Source: Nitrososphaeria archaeon
GTDB taxonomy: Archaea > Thermoproteota > Nitrososphaeria > Nitrososphaerales > JAAOZN01
Assembly: GCA_029775855.1 (NCBI GenBank)
Contig: JARVJZ010000002.1
Location: 128,001 to 192,000, forward strand
DNA length: 64,000 nucleotides
Reading direction: 5' to 3'
This document shows positions 47,117 through 57,600 of the stretch, one piece after another. Position 1 is the first letter of the stretch. Each line of letters starts with the position of its first letter. The notes under the pieces are model-generated. The model searched no databases, was not told the origin of the DNA, and saw nothing but the letters and a program-made list of their open reading frames with translations. Both the position numbers and the translations under genes were made by a program.

Positions 47117-50099
47117 GAATCTCACATAGAGAATTGAAAGTTGAACCGTATTTCAACCGTTGCGCCTATGTCGACTCTTGTGAATCTCACATAGAGAATT
47201 GAAAGTTCAGGTAGTATAGCTTGTAATTAAGCTTCGAATGTTTTGAATCTCACATAGAGAATTGAAAGCATACAAGGTCTCAACCAACGCCTTATCCCTA
47301 ATATTCGAATCTCACATAGAGAATTGAAAGACCGCTTTCTTCAGCGGTTCACCGTCGCCGTCAACATCGAATCTCACATAGAGAATTGAAAGTACCTAGT
47401 TCTGGGTCTACCAAGCCTCAAGTAAGCTTTGAATCTCACATAGAGAATTGAAAGTAACTGCTTACGGGTATGAGGAAGATGAAGCTGGGGTTGAATCTCA
47501 CATAGAGAATTGAAAGACAATCACAAGTATCAGGCTCCCAAATCACTCCCTCAACAGAATCTCACATAGAGAATTGAAAGACATAACCCTGTTTTAGCGG
47601 TTATTATGGCTTTAATGTTTGAATCTCACATAGAGAATTGAAAGTTAGGAGCGATTTCTATAGGTGTCGTGCCAACAGGAATCTCACATAGAGAATTGAA
47701 AGATCCCAAATCCTCGGAGCATCAAGCCCCTTAGATCTGGCAGAATCTCACATAGAGAATTGAAAGAAGAAACGTTAATTACTGGTTTGTTCAGCGATTT
47801 CATCAAGAATCTCACATAGAGAATTGAAAGTCCACCTAAATTGTCTTTAGGCGTAACCTTAATCTTGTTGAATCTCACATAGAGAATTGAAAGACTAGTT
47901 GAAGAACCGCTTTACACCAGCAGACTACCTGAGAATCTCACATAGAGAATTGAAAGCGAAGAAGTTGTGGTGAATGTTTATTTCCTCACAATAATCTAGA
48001 ATCTCACATAGAGAATTGAAAGCCACAGTCTAAGCATCTTTTGTATATTTTGCCGTTCTTCTCCTGAATCTCACATAGAGAATTGAAAGTCAGCAGTCAC
48101 AATAGGAGTGACGATGCGATGATGAGTGGGAATCTCACATAGAGAATTGAAAGTATACTGTAAAATCTGCTGTAGTATAAATCTCTAGCTAGAATCTCAC
48201 ATAGAGAATTGAAAGTTATTGTCCAAAGCCCCGTTGTTGATGAGGAATATAGAATCTCACATAGAGAATTGAAAGATGTTAACTCACTAAACCGATGATG
48301 CTCATATTCTTCAACGAATCTCACATAGAGAATTGAAAGTAGGTAGAAATATAATATGCAACAATAACCTACTTGGAAGAATCTCACATAGAGAATTGAA
48401 AGTCAGGAGCGCCATCCTGCTGTCCGATTGTCGGCATTTTGAATCTCACATAGAGAATTGAAAGACTAGTTGAAGAACCGCTTTACACCAGCAGACTACC
48501 TGAGAATCTCACATAGAGAATTGAAAGTGCTCTTTTTCGCGCTACTTTACCCGTCTTTAACAGATGAGAATCTCACATAGAGAATTGAAAGTCACAATAA
48601 TCTGTGTGTAAAGCGCGAGCTCGACCAAAGTGAATCTCACATAGAGAATTGAAAGTATTTGTCGTATAGATGGTTGAATTTAAGAGTAAGCAGAATCTCA
48701 CATAGAGAATTGAAAGAGATCTTCCTCTTCAAGCCACGGGTAGCTATACCGCTTATGAATCTCACATAGAGAATTGAAAGGTTATCTGTAGGGTCTGGTC
48801 TCACATCGACATATCCTAGCTCGAATCTCACATAGAGAATTGAAAGATAGTGCTGGAGATCACACCGGAGAGCTTATGCTTTCAAGAATCTCACATAGAG
48901 AATTGAAAGACGGCACCACTCACCACCTCATACCTAACCCCATCTACATGAATCTCACATAGAGAATTGAAAGTAAACCCACACTTGACCTCCTTCTGCA
49001 GTAGTCCCTCCAGAATCTCACATAGAGAATTGAAAGGAAGCTGACCAAAATCGTTAACAAAAAATATATCACTGAATCTCACATAGAGAATTGAAAGTAG
49101 AAATCACAGTAGTTTTGCTTGGGTTCAATATGCATCCAGAATCTCACATAGAGAATTGAAAGCAATATGGGTAAATGGTAAGAAGCAGTCAGCAAATCTT
49201 TTGAATCTCACATAGAGAATTGAAAGTGCTCATCAACCGAATTCTGATGCAAAGCACACTTCTTAGAATCTCACATAGAGAATTGAAAGTTTATTTCCTC
49301 CTTTGGTTTGAGTTTTGATAGTGTGAAGAATCTCACATAGAGAATTGAAAGCCTGTTCTAAATTTTTCTAGCATCTCTTCTCTTTCTCTTGAATCTCACA
49401 TAGAGAATTGAAAGACCCTAGACTATATCCTGCTCCTAAGGTGAAGTAGGAATCTCACATAGAGAATTGAAAGAAATACTCGTGCTACCTTAGTATCACT
49501 TATGAAGTGGCAGAATCTCACATAGAGAATTGAAAGATTCCTCTCCTTGAATAACTAAAGTCTCTATTAGGTAAGAATCTCACATAGAGAATTGAAAGAC
49601 AGTGTGGTGTTTTTGGCTCATGTCCCCATGCCCCTGCTGAATCTCACATAGAGAATTGAAAGCTTTGCTACTCCTTGCAGGAATAGTATAATCTGTCCGA
49701 ATCTCACATAGAGAATTGAAAGTCTGCTCTCCAGCTGCGAATGTGAGAGGCGGTATGGAATCTCACATAGAGAATTGAAAGATGAACACGACTGGCAGCA
49801 CCGTAAAACCACCGTAAGGGGAATCTCACATAGAGAATTGAAAGTAGCCGTGATAGAGAACGAGCAGTCTCCACCCCATCTCATGAATCTCACATAGAGA
49901 ATTGAAAGTTTCGACAAGCCGCAGCACAGCCTCTTTGTGAGACAGAATCTCACATAGAGAATTGAAAGCATTTGAGACGCATTAAATCGTCGAAGGAGAT
50001 GCCGACCAGAATCTCACATAGAGAATTGAAAGAAAAAATAAAGTCGAAAGCCACAATATCTGAGCCAGAAGGTATGAATCTCACATAGAGAGTTGGGTG
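47117..50099 (+). CRISPR. CRISPR array, 24-nt repeat GAATCTCACATAGAGAATTGAAAG, 48 repeats / 47 spacers (~34-43 nt)
   Basis: 47 identical repeats counted by eye plus a degenerate terminal copy at 50076 (..AGAGTTGGGTG); 3' ATTGAAAG handle typical of archaeal class 1 repeats. Confidence 0.98.
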
Positions 50100-50180
50100 A
50101 GGAAATGTTGACGGCTTAGCGTAAGCTTTCTTTGAATCTTAGATAAGGGAGGGGTTATTTCTCCACTTTTGTGGTTGAGG

Positions 50181-50927
50181 CTATTTGAAAAGATCTTCTT
50201 TCAGCGGTCTGATAAGAGCCTTAGCCTTACCGGCATCAACCTCATATTCATAGCCTCTCACAACAGCCGCTGGGCAGCTCCTTGTCTTACCCATCACGAG
50301 CTCGGCTGCTGAAGCGATTTCATCAGCAACAGCTATCTCAGTAACCTTCAACACCCTACCATATGTATCAAGCTTACCTCTATAGTCCAAAATCGGCTTA
50401 AGCCCATACACACCTATTGCAAACTGAACCTGACCCCTACGCCAAGGTCTACCGTAAGTGTCAGAGACTATGACAGCGGGCTTAACCCCACACACACCCT
50501 CTATCTGCTTAGCGATAACCTCAGCAGAACGGTCTGGATCCTTAGGCAATAGGGCAGCATAACCCTCAGGCAAATTGGACTGATCTACACCAGAGTTAGC
50601 GCAAACAATCCCATGCTTGGTCTGAGTGATGATTATACCCCTCTCCACCCTCAGAATCCTCTTACTCTCCTTTAAAATCAACTCAACAACCCTCGCATCT
50701 TTATTAAGAGCTTTAGCGAGCCTAACCGCCTTAGCAGAAGGGTTAACTTCACTAAGTTTCACAAGCCTACCCTCAGCCTTAGAGACAGCCTTAGATGTTA
50801 CTACAACAATATCTCCCTTCAACAGAGTTAAACCACCTTTAGACAAAGCGTCTACAATAACCTCTCCGAGCCTAACACCCTCCTCAACTTCACCTAACCC
50901 AGACACAGGGTAAATACAGATGACCAA
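50181..50927 (-). CDS. cofE: Coenzyme F420-0:L-glutamate ligase
   Basis: SKAVSKAEG, ANSGVDQSN, LLPKDPDRSA, SDTYGRPWRRG, DEIASAAELVMG. Confidence 0.93.
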   Translation of the reverse strand: MVICIYPVSGLGEVEEGVRLGEVIVDALSKGGLTLLKGDIVVVTSKAVSKAEGRLVKLSEVNPSAKAVRLAKALNKDARVVELILKESKRILRVERGIIITQTKHGIVCANSGVDQSNLPEGYAALLPKDPDRSAEVIAKQIEGVCGVKPAVIVSDTYGRPWRRGQVQFAIGVYGLKPILDYRGKLDTYGRVLKVTEIAVADEIASAAELVMGKTRSCPAAVVRGYEYEVDAGKAKALIRPLKEDLFK

Positions 50928-50929
50928 AC

Positions 50930-51925
50930 CTATCTAAATGACAGAGTCTGAAGATCCTTCATAGTTCTAAGTCCAGGTCTACACTTCATCAGCGGCCAAA
51001 TAGAGTTAACAACTACAGCAGCAGTCGCCCTATCTCCTTGAATGGCTGGCTTAATAGTCTGATGCACCTCAGGGTTACCCAAAATATGTATGCGGTCATA
51101 TTCATCCTCAGCCCCAACATACGCCTTAAAGACAAGAGTTATACGCTCCTTACCATCCACAAACCCCCTCGCAGTCTGCTGAAGCCCAGCCACCCTACCA
51201 GCTGATATAGTGTAGTAGGGGCTGCTCACCTCCTTAGATGCGATTATAGGCTCAGGCTGCTCAGCCTCTATACGCTCAACCACCCAACCCATCGCATCAC
51301 CTATCAAAGCTATAGACTCTTCCAACCCAACATGACCAGAAATCTCCTTAGCAGCCATCTTCCCCTTAAACTCAGCCTCAGTCAAAGCAGCACCAATCTT
51401 CCTCTGAAAAGCCTCTCGCCTATGCGAAGCATCGATTACACGCTCCACAACTATACTATAAACCTCTTGACAGACCGCCGTAAGAAGCAAAACTAATGTG
51501 TCCATCAGAAAACCTGGATTCACCCCTGTGCCTAATACACGCACTCTATACTCTTTAGCCAAATGATCCAAGTTTTTAGCTAAAGATGGATGCTTACGGT
51601 AGGGGTAGGAGAGCTCCTCACATGTTGAGATAACATTGGCTCCAGCTTTCACACAATCCACTATCTGCTCATAAACATCTTGTAGATATGAGGAGGTTGC
51701 GTGAAGAACTAGATCTGGTTTTACCTCCTTAAGCACCCTACGGTAGTCTGAAGAAACTTTAACACCAGTCTTCCCCACGCCCAAGACTTCCCCGAAATCT
51801 TCGCCAACATACTTAACCAAATCAGACGCACCGACTGTCCTTAAACCGCTCTTCTTTGACACAAGTTTAGCTACCTCTAAACCTATTGCACCGAGCCCTA
51901 TATGGAGAACCCTCAGCTCCTTCAA
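50930..51925 (-). CDS. NAD(P)-dependent amine dehydrogenase (2,4-diaminopentanoate dehydrogenase/Ord-like)
   Basis: GLGAIG Rossmann motif, STCEELSYP, GTGVNPGFLMD, HVGLEES, GDRATAA. Confidence 0.8.
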   Translation of the reverse strand: MKELRVLHIGLGAIGLEVAKLVSKKSGLRTVGASDLVKYVGEDFGEVLGVGKTGVKVSSDYRRVLKEVKPDLVLHATSSYLQDVYEQIVDCVKAGANVISTCEELSYPYRKHPSLAKNLDHLAKEYRVRVLGTGVNPGFLMDTLVLLLTAVCQEVYSIVVERVIDASHRREAFQRKIGAALTEAEFKGKMAAKEISGHVGLEESIALIGDAMGWVVERIEAEQPEPIIASKEVSSPYYTISAGRVAGLQQTARGFVDGKERITLVFKAYVGAEDEYDRIHILGNPEVHQTIKPAIQGDRATAAVVVNSIWPLMKCRPGLRTMKDLQTLSFR

Positions 51926-52025
51926 CCCAACCTTAGCCCTCTTCCACTCTCTATTTAGACCTATCCCCTTCTAACCCTCAAAGCATAGAGTTCATATAAA
52001 TAGACGGGTAACCAACTTTATATAG

Positions 52026-53411
52026 ATGCAGCTAAAATTAGGCGACATTCTACCTCGACTCATACCAACCTACAGAAGCATAGACCTTAGATGCGCCATA
52101 GGGTTCCACGAAAATGAGTGGGTTAACCTAAGTACAGTAATAAGGTTCACAAACCAAAGCATCTATGAAGTAGAAAATATCCACAGCAACCAAGCAAAAC
52201 TATTCCCAACGATTAAAACACCCAGAATTGCAATAGTCTGCAAAGCGCTACCAATAAGCACTTGGCGCACATTAAAAGAGCAGATATCCTTTGGGCACAT
52301 TACCTTAAACGGCTTAAGATTCAAGATATCAGCGCTCGACATCGACTCACTTCCATCCATAGTAGCGAAGAATCCTAGGCACATAGTGAGCGAAGGCTGG
52401 AATATCACTGAAGCATCTTCACCAAACTATACTTCAACACCCCTTGAGCGGTATGAAAGCGATCTTATGAAACTCGGCTACCCAACCACATATAATGCCT
52501 TGAATATTTGGCTTCAAACCAAAATAACCACACCTTTAGTTCCAGAACTCGTTGTAGCAGCACCCATATATGCAAAGATCTTAAGGAACGAACGCAGAAC
52601 CGAAAAAACGCTAAGGATTGTGGTTGAAAAGAGGAGAACCCTCAAGAACCTCAACATAGTAGTGGAGGTTCTAAGAGAAAGCGTCGAGCAAGCTGGTTTT
52701 CAAGAAACACTTCAACTACACAGCATACCTCTTGAAGCTCAAAAAGAGGTAGCAATAATAGATTTACGCTTACCAGCAGCGTTAAACGCTGACCAAATAA
52801 GAACTTCGCTTCTAAGTGTAAAACCAAACCCTATAACGCTCGATTGGAGTGAAGTAAGCCTGCAAAAGCAAAGCAAGCACCCCTTGATGCCTAAAAACCC
52901 TTTACTAACACTCTTCGCCAAACTTAGGGACATCAGTCACATACAAGATGACCTACAGAAGGATGAGTGGGTTCAGGTAGATACATTTTATAACGCGGTC
53001 ATCTGGATGCTTTCGCTCTGCGGCTTTAGCGTCATCTATCTTGGTGATAGAGCGAAAAAGAGAAGAGGATATATTAGGCACATCGAAGTAATAGGTGCAG
53101 ACCAACTATCAAACAGCATAATCTTAGGCTTAAAGCCAAGTAGCGAAAACCAAATCGAAAAATGCGTAGAGGTGCTGGAAAAGATCAGAGACGCTATGTC
53201 AGATGAAGTAGGCGCAGAAACCCAGATCATACCTATAATCTTCTATAGGAGGATAGCAGCAGAGGCAACTAAGAGGATGAGTGTAAGCAGAGGAATAATC
53301 CTCTTAGATAGCCTAGATCTCAATAGAATCATTGACCTACTGAAGAATGATAATATTAGAGAAGCTAGGCGTAGACTGGGCGCTCCTACACCATCACGCA
53401 GCCTTTCTTAA
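52026..53411 (+). CDS. Hypothetical protein with a C-terminal degenerate restriction-endonuclease-like domain
   Basis: 461-aa ORF; FYNAVIWMLSLCGFSV...IEVIG...IILG...GIILLDSLDL resembles Mrr_cat topology. Confidence 0.55.
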   Translation: MQLKLGDILPRLIPTYRSIDLRCAIGFHENEWVNLSTVIRFTNQSIYEVENIHSNQAKLFPTIKTPRIAIVCKALPISTWRTLKEQISFGHITLNGLRFKISALDIDSLPSIVAKNPRHIVSEGWNITEASSPNYTSTPLERYESDLMKLGYPTTYNALNIWLQTKITTPLVPELVVAAPIYAKILRNERRTEKTLRIVVEKRRTLKNLNIVVEVLRESVEQAGFQETLQLHSIPLEAQKEVAIIDLRLPAALNADQIRTSLLSVKPNPITLDWSEVSLQKQSKHPLMPKNPLLTLFAKLRDISHIQDDLQKDEWVQVDTFYNAVIWMLSLCGFSVIYLGDRAKKRRGYIRHIEVIGADQLSNSIILGLKPSSENQIEKCVEVLEKIRDAMSDEVGAETQIIPIIFYRRIAAEATKRMSVSRGIILLDSLDLNRIIDLLKNDNIREARRRLGAPTPSRSLS

Positions 53412-53948
53412 CTTAAGTTCATTTGTCGTAAAGTCTCTACTACCTAAATGCATTATCAACTGAATCTTTTCTGGGTTAAAGACTCTTTTAAAGAGTCCTT
53501 CGTTAACTCTTGCGGCGAGCACCTCTCCTACAAACAGAGTATGGTCTCCTACATGGATACGCTGAACCACTTTACATTCAAGATGAGCAACGCACTCTAA
53601 GATAGATGGGGCTCTTACCTTTAACGAGGGGAGAGGAGTTAGGTTTGCTTCTTTAAATTTATCGACTTCACGCCCAGATCTTTCGCCACATAATATTGTC
53701 TGTTTAATTAGGTCTATTGTAGGTATGTTTACTACGAATTCCCCTGATTTATCTATCAATTCATGGCTGTAGCGTTCTAAACCAACAGATATTCCTAAGA
53801 GAGGGGGACAATGAGATAGTGGTGTGGACCAAGCTAAAGTTATGATGTTAGGCTTACCGTCCAAAGCGCAGGAGACAAGCACAGTAGGTCTTGGATACAT
53901 AAGGCGGAGAGCAAAGTTGAGAGAAACATTTTCCTTCAATTCAACCAT
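53394..53948 (-). CDS. Flavin reductase-like (DIM6/NTAB) protein
   Basis: PRPTVLVS, NIITLAW, GEFVVNIP, SGREVDKF, LECKV, GDHTLFVGEV. Confidence 0.9.
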   Translation of the reverse strand: MVELKENVSLNFALRLMYPRPTVLVSCALDGKPNIITLAWSTPLSHCPPLLGISVGLERYSHELIDKSGEFVVNIPTIDLIKQTILCGERSGREVDKFKEANLTPLPSLKVRAPSILECVAHLECKVVQRIHVGDHTLFVGEVLAARVNEGLFKRVFNPEKIQLIMHLGSRDFTTNELKLRKAA

Positions 53949-54012
53949 ACAGTAACCTAAACAGATTAGGAATAAAAGAATTAATCGAGGAAATACAAAT
54001 TAACATTGAAGG

Positions 54013-54534
54013 TTGACTAACAGAAAGATCTTAGAAGAGCTGCCGAAGTTCAAACCTAAGAATGCACCTTATTCAACTCTAGACAACTTCACCTTGAGAA
54101 TCAGTGGCGCTGTAGTTAAACCTCAAATATTGAGGATTGAGGATATACTTAGATTGCCCGAAGTTAAACTTACAGCAGACTTCGTATGTTTAGAGGGTTG
54201 GTGTGTAGAGAAGATTGCTTGGAGCGGTGTGAGCGTCAAGACCGTTCTCGAGTCGGCTCAGCCGAAACCATCAGCTAACTATGTATTATTTAAGGCTGGT
54301 GAATATACCATTTTACTTGAGATGGATAGAGCATTAAGAGAAGATACGATACTCGCATACAAGTATAAAGGTAAAATGCTTACATACGAACACGGAGCAC
54401 CTCTGAGGCTAATCTACCCTTCACAGCAGTGCTACGAAAGCGTGAAGTGGATCAGCGAAATAGAGGTTTTAGAGCAAGCCGCTGACTATACGGGCAAAAG
54501 AATAGCGCTTTCAAGGTTGCAGACAACAAGGTAG
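54013..54534 (+). CDS. Molybdopterin-dependent oxidoreductase, sulfite-oxidase fold catalytic domain
   Basis: DFVCLEGW, WSGV, HGAPLRL, SVKWISEIE. Confidence 0.85.
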   Translation: MTNRKILEELPKFKPKNAPYSTLDNFTLRISGAVVKPQILRIEDILRLPEVKLTADFVCLEGWCVEKIAWSGVSVKTVLESAQPKPSANYVLFKAGEYTILLEMDRALREDTILAYKYKGKMLTYEHGAPLRLIYPSQQCYESVKWISEIEVLEQAADYTGKRIALSRLQTTR

Positions 54535-54602
54535 AGCAATAATGAGCCATATATTTAAATTCCTAGTAGGGATACTAGAGGTTTGAAGTTCGAGAAGGAA
54601 GG

Positions 54603-57600
54603 TTGGCTTTCATAAAGAGGCTTGAGATCAAAGGCTTCAAATCATTCGGCGAGAAGACTGTATCTTTAAAATTTGAGCCGGGGTTTACAGCGATAACTGG
54701 GCCTAATGGCGGTGGAAAGAGCAACATAATGGATGCCATACTTTTTGCATTAGGGGAAAATAATCCAAAGGCTCTTAGAGTCAATAAATTATCTTCGCTT
54801 ATCTATGAAAGCGGAGAAAGTCGGTTGCCTTCAACGAGAGTAAGCATCGTTTTCGACAACACGGATAAGACTATTCCAGTAGACTCTGAAACCGTTACAG
54901 TTACTCGAGAGATGGATGACAAAGGTGAAAGCACATATTATTTGAACGGTAAAAAGACTACTCGAAATGTAGTAGTAGAAATAATGAGCTTAGCGCTCAT
55001 TACGCGTGAGGGTTTCAATGTAGTTCCTCAAGGCATGGTTATGCACATCTCAGAGATGCATCCAGACGATAAGAGGAGGTTAATAGAGGATATAGCTGGG
55101 GTATCGCCTTTTGACGCTAAGAAGGCTGAGGCGCTTAAGCAGCTTCAAGAAGCTGACATGAGGCTTCAGGTAGCTATGGCTCGCATAGGTGAGATAGAGC
55201 AGAGAGTATATGCTCTTGAAGGAGAGAGGAATGACCAGCTTAGGCTAAGGCATCTGGAAGATGAAGTAAGGTGGGCTAAAGCACTCATAGCCTCCAGAAA
55301 CATAGCATTAGCCAGAAGACGGAGACAAGAAGAGGAAGTGAGAGCAAAAGAGAACTCAGCTAGGCTGCAGGAGTTGAACAATAGGCTAAACGATCTTAAA
55401 ACAGAGATCGCGAATGTTGAAGAAGAGAAAAAGAACTTTCTATCAAATGTGGTTGACAGCTCAGCTGGAAGACTGGTTGATCTACAGTCTAAGATAGGTA
55501 AACTTCTTTATGAAGATGAGAAGCTTAGAAGCGAGAAGTCAAATGCGTCGCTGAGACTCTTCGAGTTAAGAGAGGAGACACCGAAGTTAAAAGAGAGACT
55601 TCAGACATTATTGGTTGAAAGGAAGAATTTTGAGGAACAGCTCAAGGAAGATAACCAGAAACTTAAGGTGTTGGAGGATGAGAAGGCACGCTTAGAGAAA
55701 GATATATTCAATTTACAGAAGGAAAAAGCTAGGCTGCAAAAGATAATCCTCAACCTAAACAATAGGGTTGAGAGGCTAAAGATTGGACAAAGCAAACTTA
55801 CAGCCCGCTTAACTGAACTTAGATCAAAGGTAGAATTGGATAAGCAGAGGAAGAATATGCTTGAAGAGAGCCTTAACAATATAAAGGAGAGGTCAGCTAC
55901 TTTCCTAGAAACACTTAATACGCTTGAGCAGCACTTAAACCAGATACGCCAGTTTAAAGAATCTGAGCAAAACTCATTAAACAAGCTGAAGGAAGATGCG
56001 GATTCTTTAACAAAACGAATAGAGGCTGTCAATAAGGAGCTCACTTTATCACTAGGGGTGCTGGATAAAGCTAGCAGAAAACTACTACAGATAGATGCAC
56101 AACAGTCAACAATAGAAAGCGTTGCCCCCGAAGAAGTATCGGTTAATCTGCTGATTCAAGCTGCAAAAGATGGGGCGGTAGAGGGGGTAATTGGTAGATT
56201 TGGAGATTTGATTTCATTTAAGGATGAATATAAAGCAGCGGTCTTGGCGGCTGCAGATGAGTGGGCTGATGCGCTTGTAGTTGCTGATGTTAAGGCTATG
56301 CTTAGGGTTGCTGAGACTGCGAAGAGGCTTAAAGTAAAGAAGCTTAAAATTATACCGCTTTCTGAAGTTGCTGAAGTTGAGTTTGTGAGAAAACCTTTGC
56401 AAGCCGGTCTCTTAGGTTCCTTGGCTGATTATGTTGATTGTGGTTCGAATTTTAGAGGATTAGTAAATTTTATAATTGGAGATACGGTGTTAGCGGAGAC
56501 ACCTAGAGACGCCTACTTAGCATCACGACAAGGCTTGAGAGCCGTAACCTTGCAGGGATACCTTTTTGAGCCGGAGAGTAAAGGATTTAGGATGGGGTTT
56601 TCAGAGAAACTGAGAAACTTATCAAATATTTTAACTGAGAGCTCGGCTAAGGAGGATGTTGCTAAAGCCCTTAAAGCGCTTGAAGACATGATTAGAAAGC
56701 GTAAATCAGAGTTAGCTTCTCTAAACAAGGAGTTAACTCGGCTTAAAGACGAGCAGATAAAGAAGACGGTCAGCGTTGAGAAGATAGAAGCTGAAGCGGC
56801 AACCATATCAAAAGCTGTAGAGAGATACAGTAGGCTCGGAAATAAGGTGAAAAGGAGAATTGCGGCAGAAGCACAGAAGATTGAGGCGATAGAGAGAAGA
56901 ATAGATAGAACACTCACCAAAATAACCAATATAGAATCTATGTTAAAGACTATAGAGGAGCGGATAAAAGACCTCTCAGCAAAAATACCTATAGAAGAAG
57001 AGCAGAGAATCGCAGAAGAAATAGCCTCAAAGCAGAAGACCCTAGAAGAATTGGCTAATCAAATTAGAGAGCAGATCACAACAATCGCTAAGAGGAAAAG
57101 CGAGCTTGACTACCGACTTATACCAAATATTCAAGAAGTAGAAAAGGTGATAACTGAATATGACACAGAAGTAAAAGAGTTAGAGGCGTTCCTAAACTCT
57201 TCTGAAGAAAAAAGGAATACAATAGCCAAAGAACTCGAAACACTCAAGGAAGAAGAAAGTATACTCCTCAGTAAATCCAAGCAGAGCAGATCTCTAATAG
57301 AAGAATATGAAAGTAAACTCAAGCACCTTAGATCGCAAGAGGAGGCTCTAAGGCGCTCTATAAGCGTGGTTGAAAAAGAACTTCTACTTAACAACAAAAA
57401 CCTAGAGATGCTTGCTGATGCTGAACATAGGTATCTAAGTGAACTCTCAATCTACGGCTACACTGAACCTATAGAATATTTTGATGGTGTTGATGAATTA
57501 ATTAAGAAGCTGAGCGAAGAATACGACGAGCTCAGAAGACAAGTTAATCTACTCGCAGATGCACAATATAAAGAGACATACATAGGCTACAAGAACCTTT

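Noticed and set aside
47331-47368. Possible self-targeting of spacer 4 against the cofE 3' end (ttcagcggt near 50200)
   Set aside because: Match is only about 9-12 nt with a gap, as expected by chance; I saw no convincing self-match, though I could not search exhaustively
47684-49971. Minus-strand ORFs with recurring LSILYVRF / FNSLCEI peptides
   Set aside because: These are translations of the CRISPR repeat and spacers, not genes
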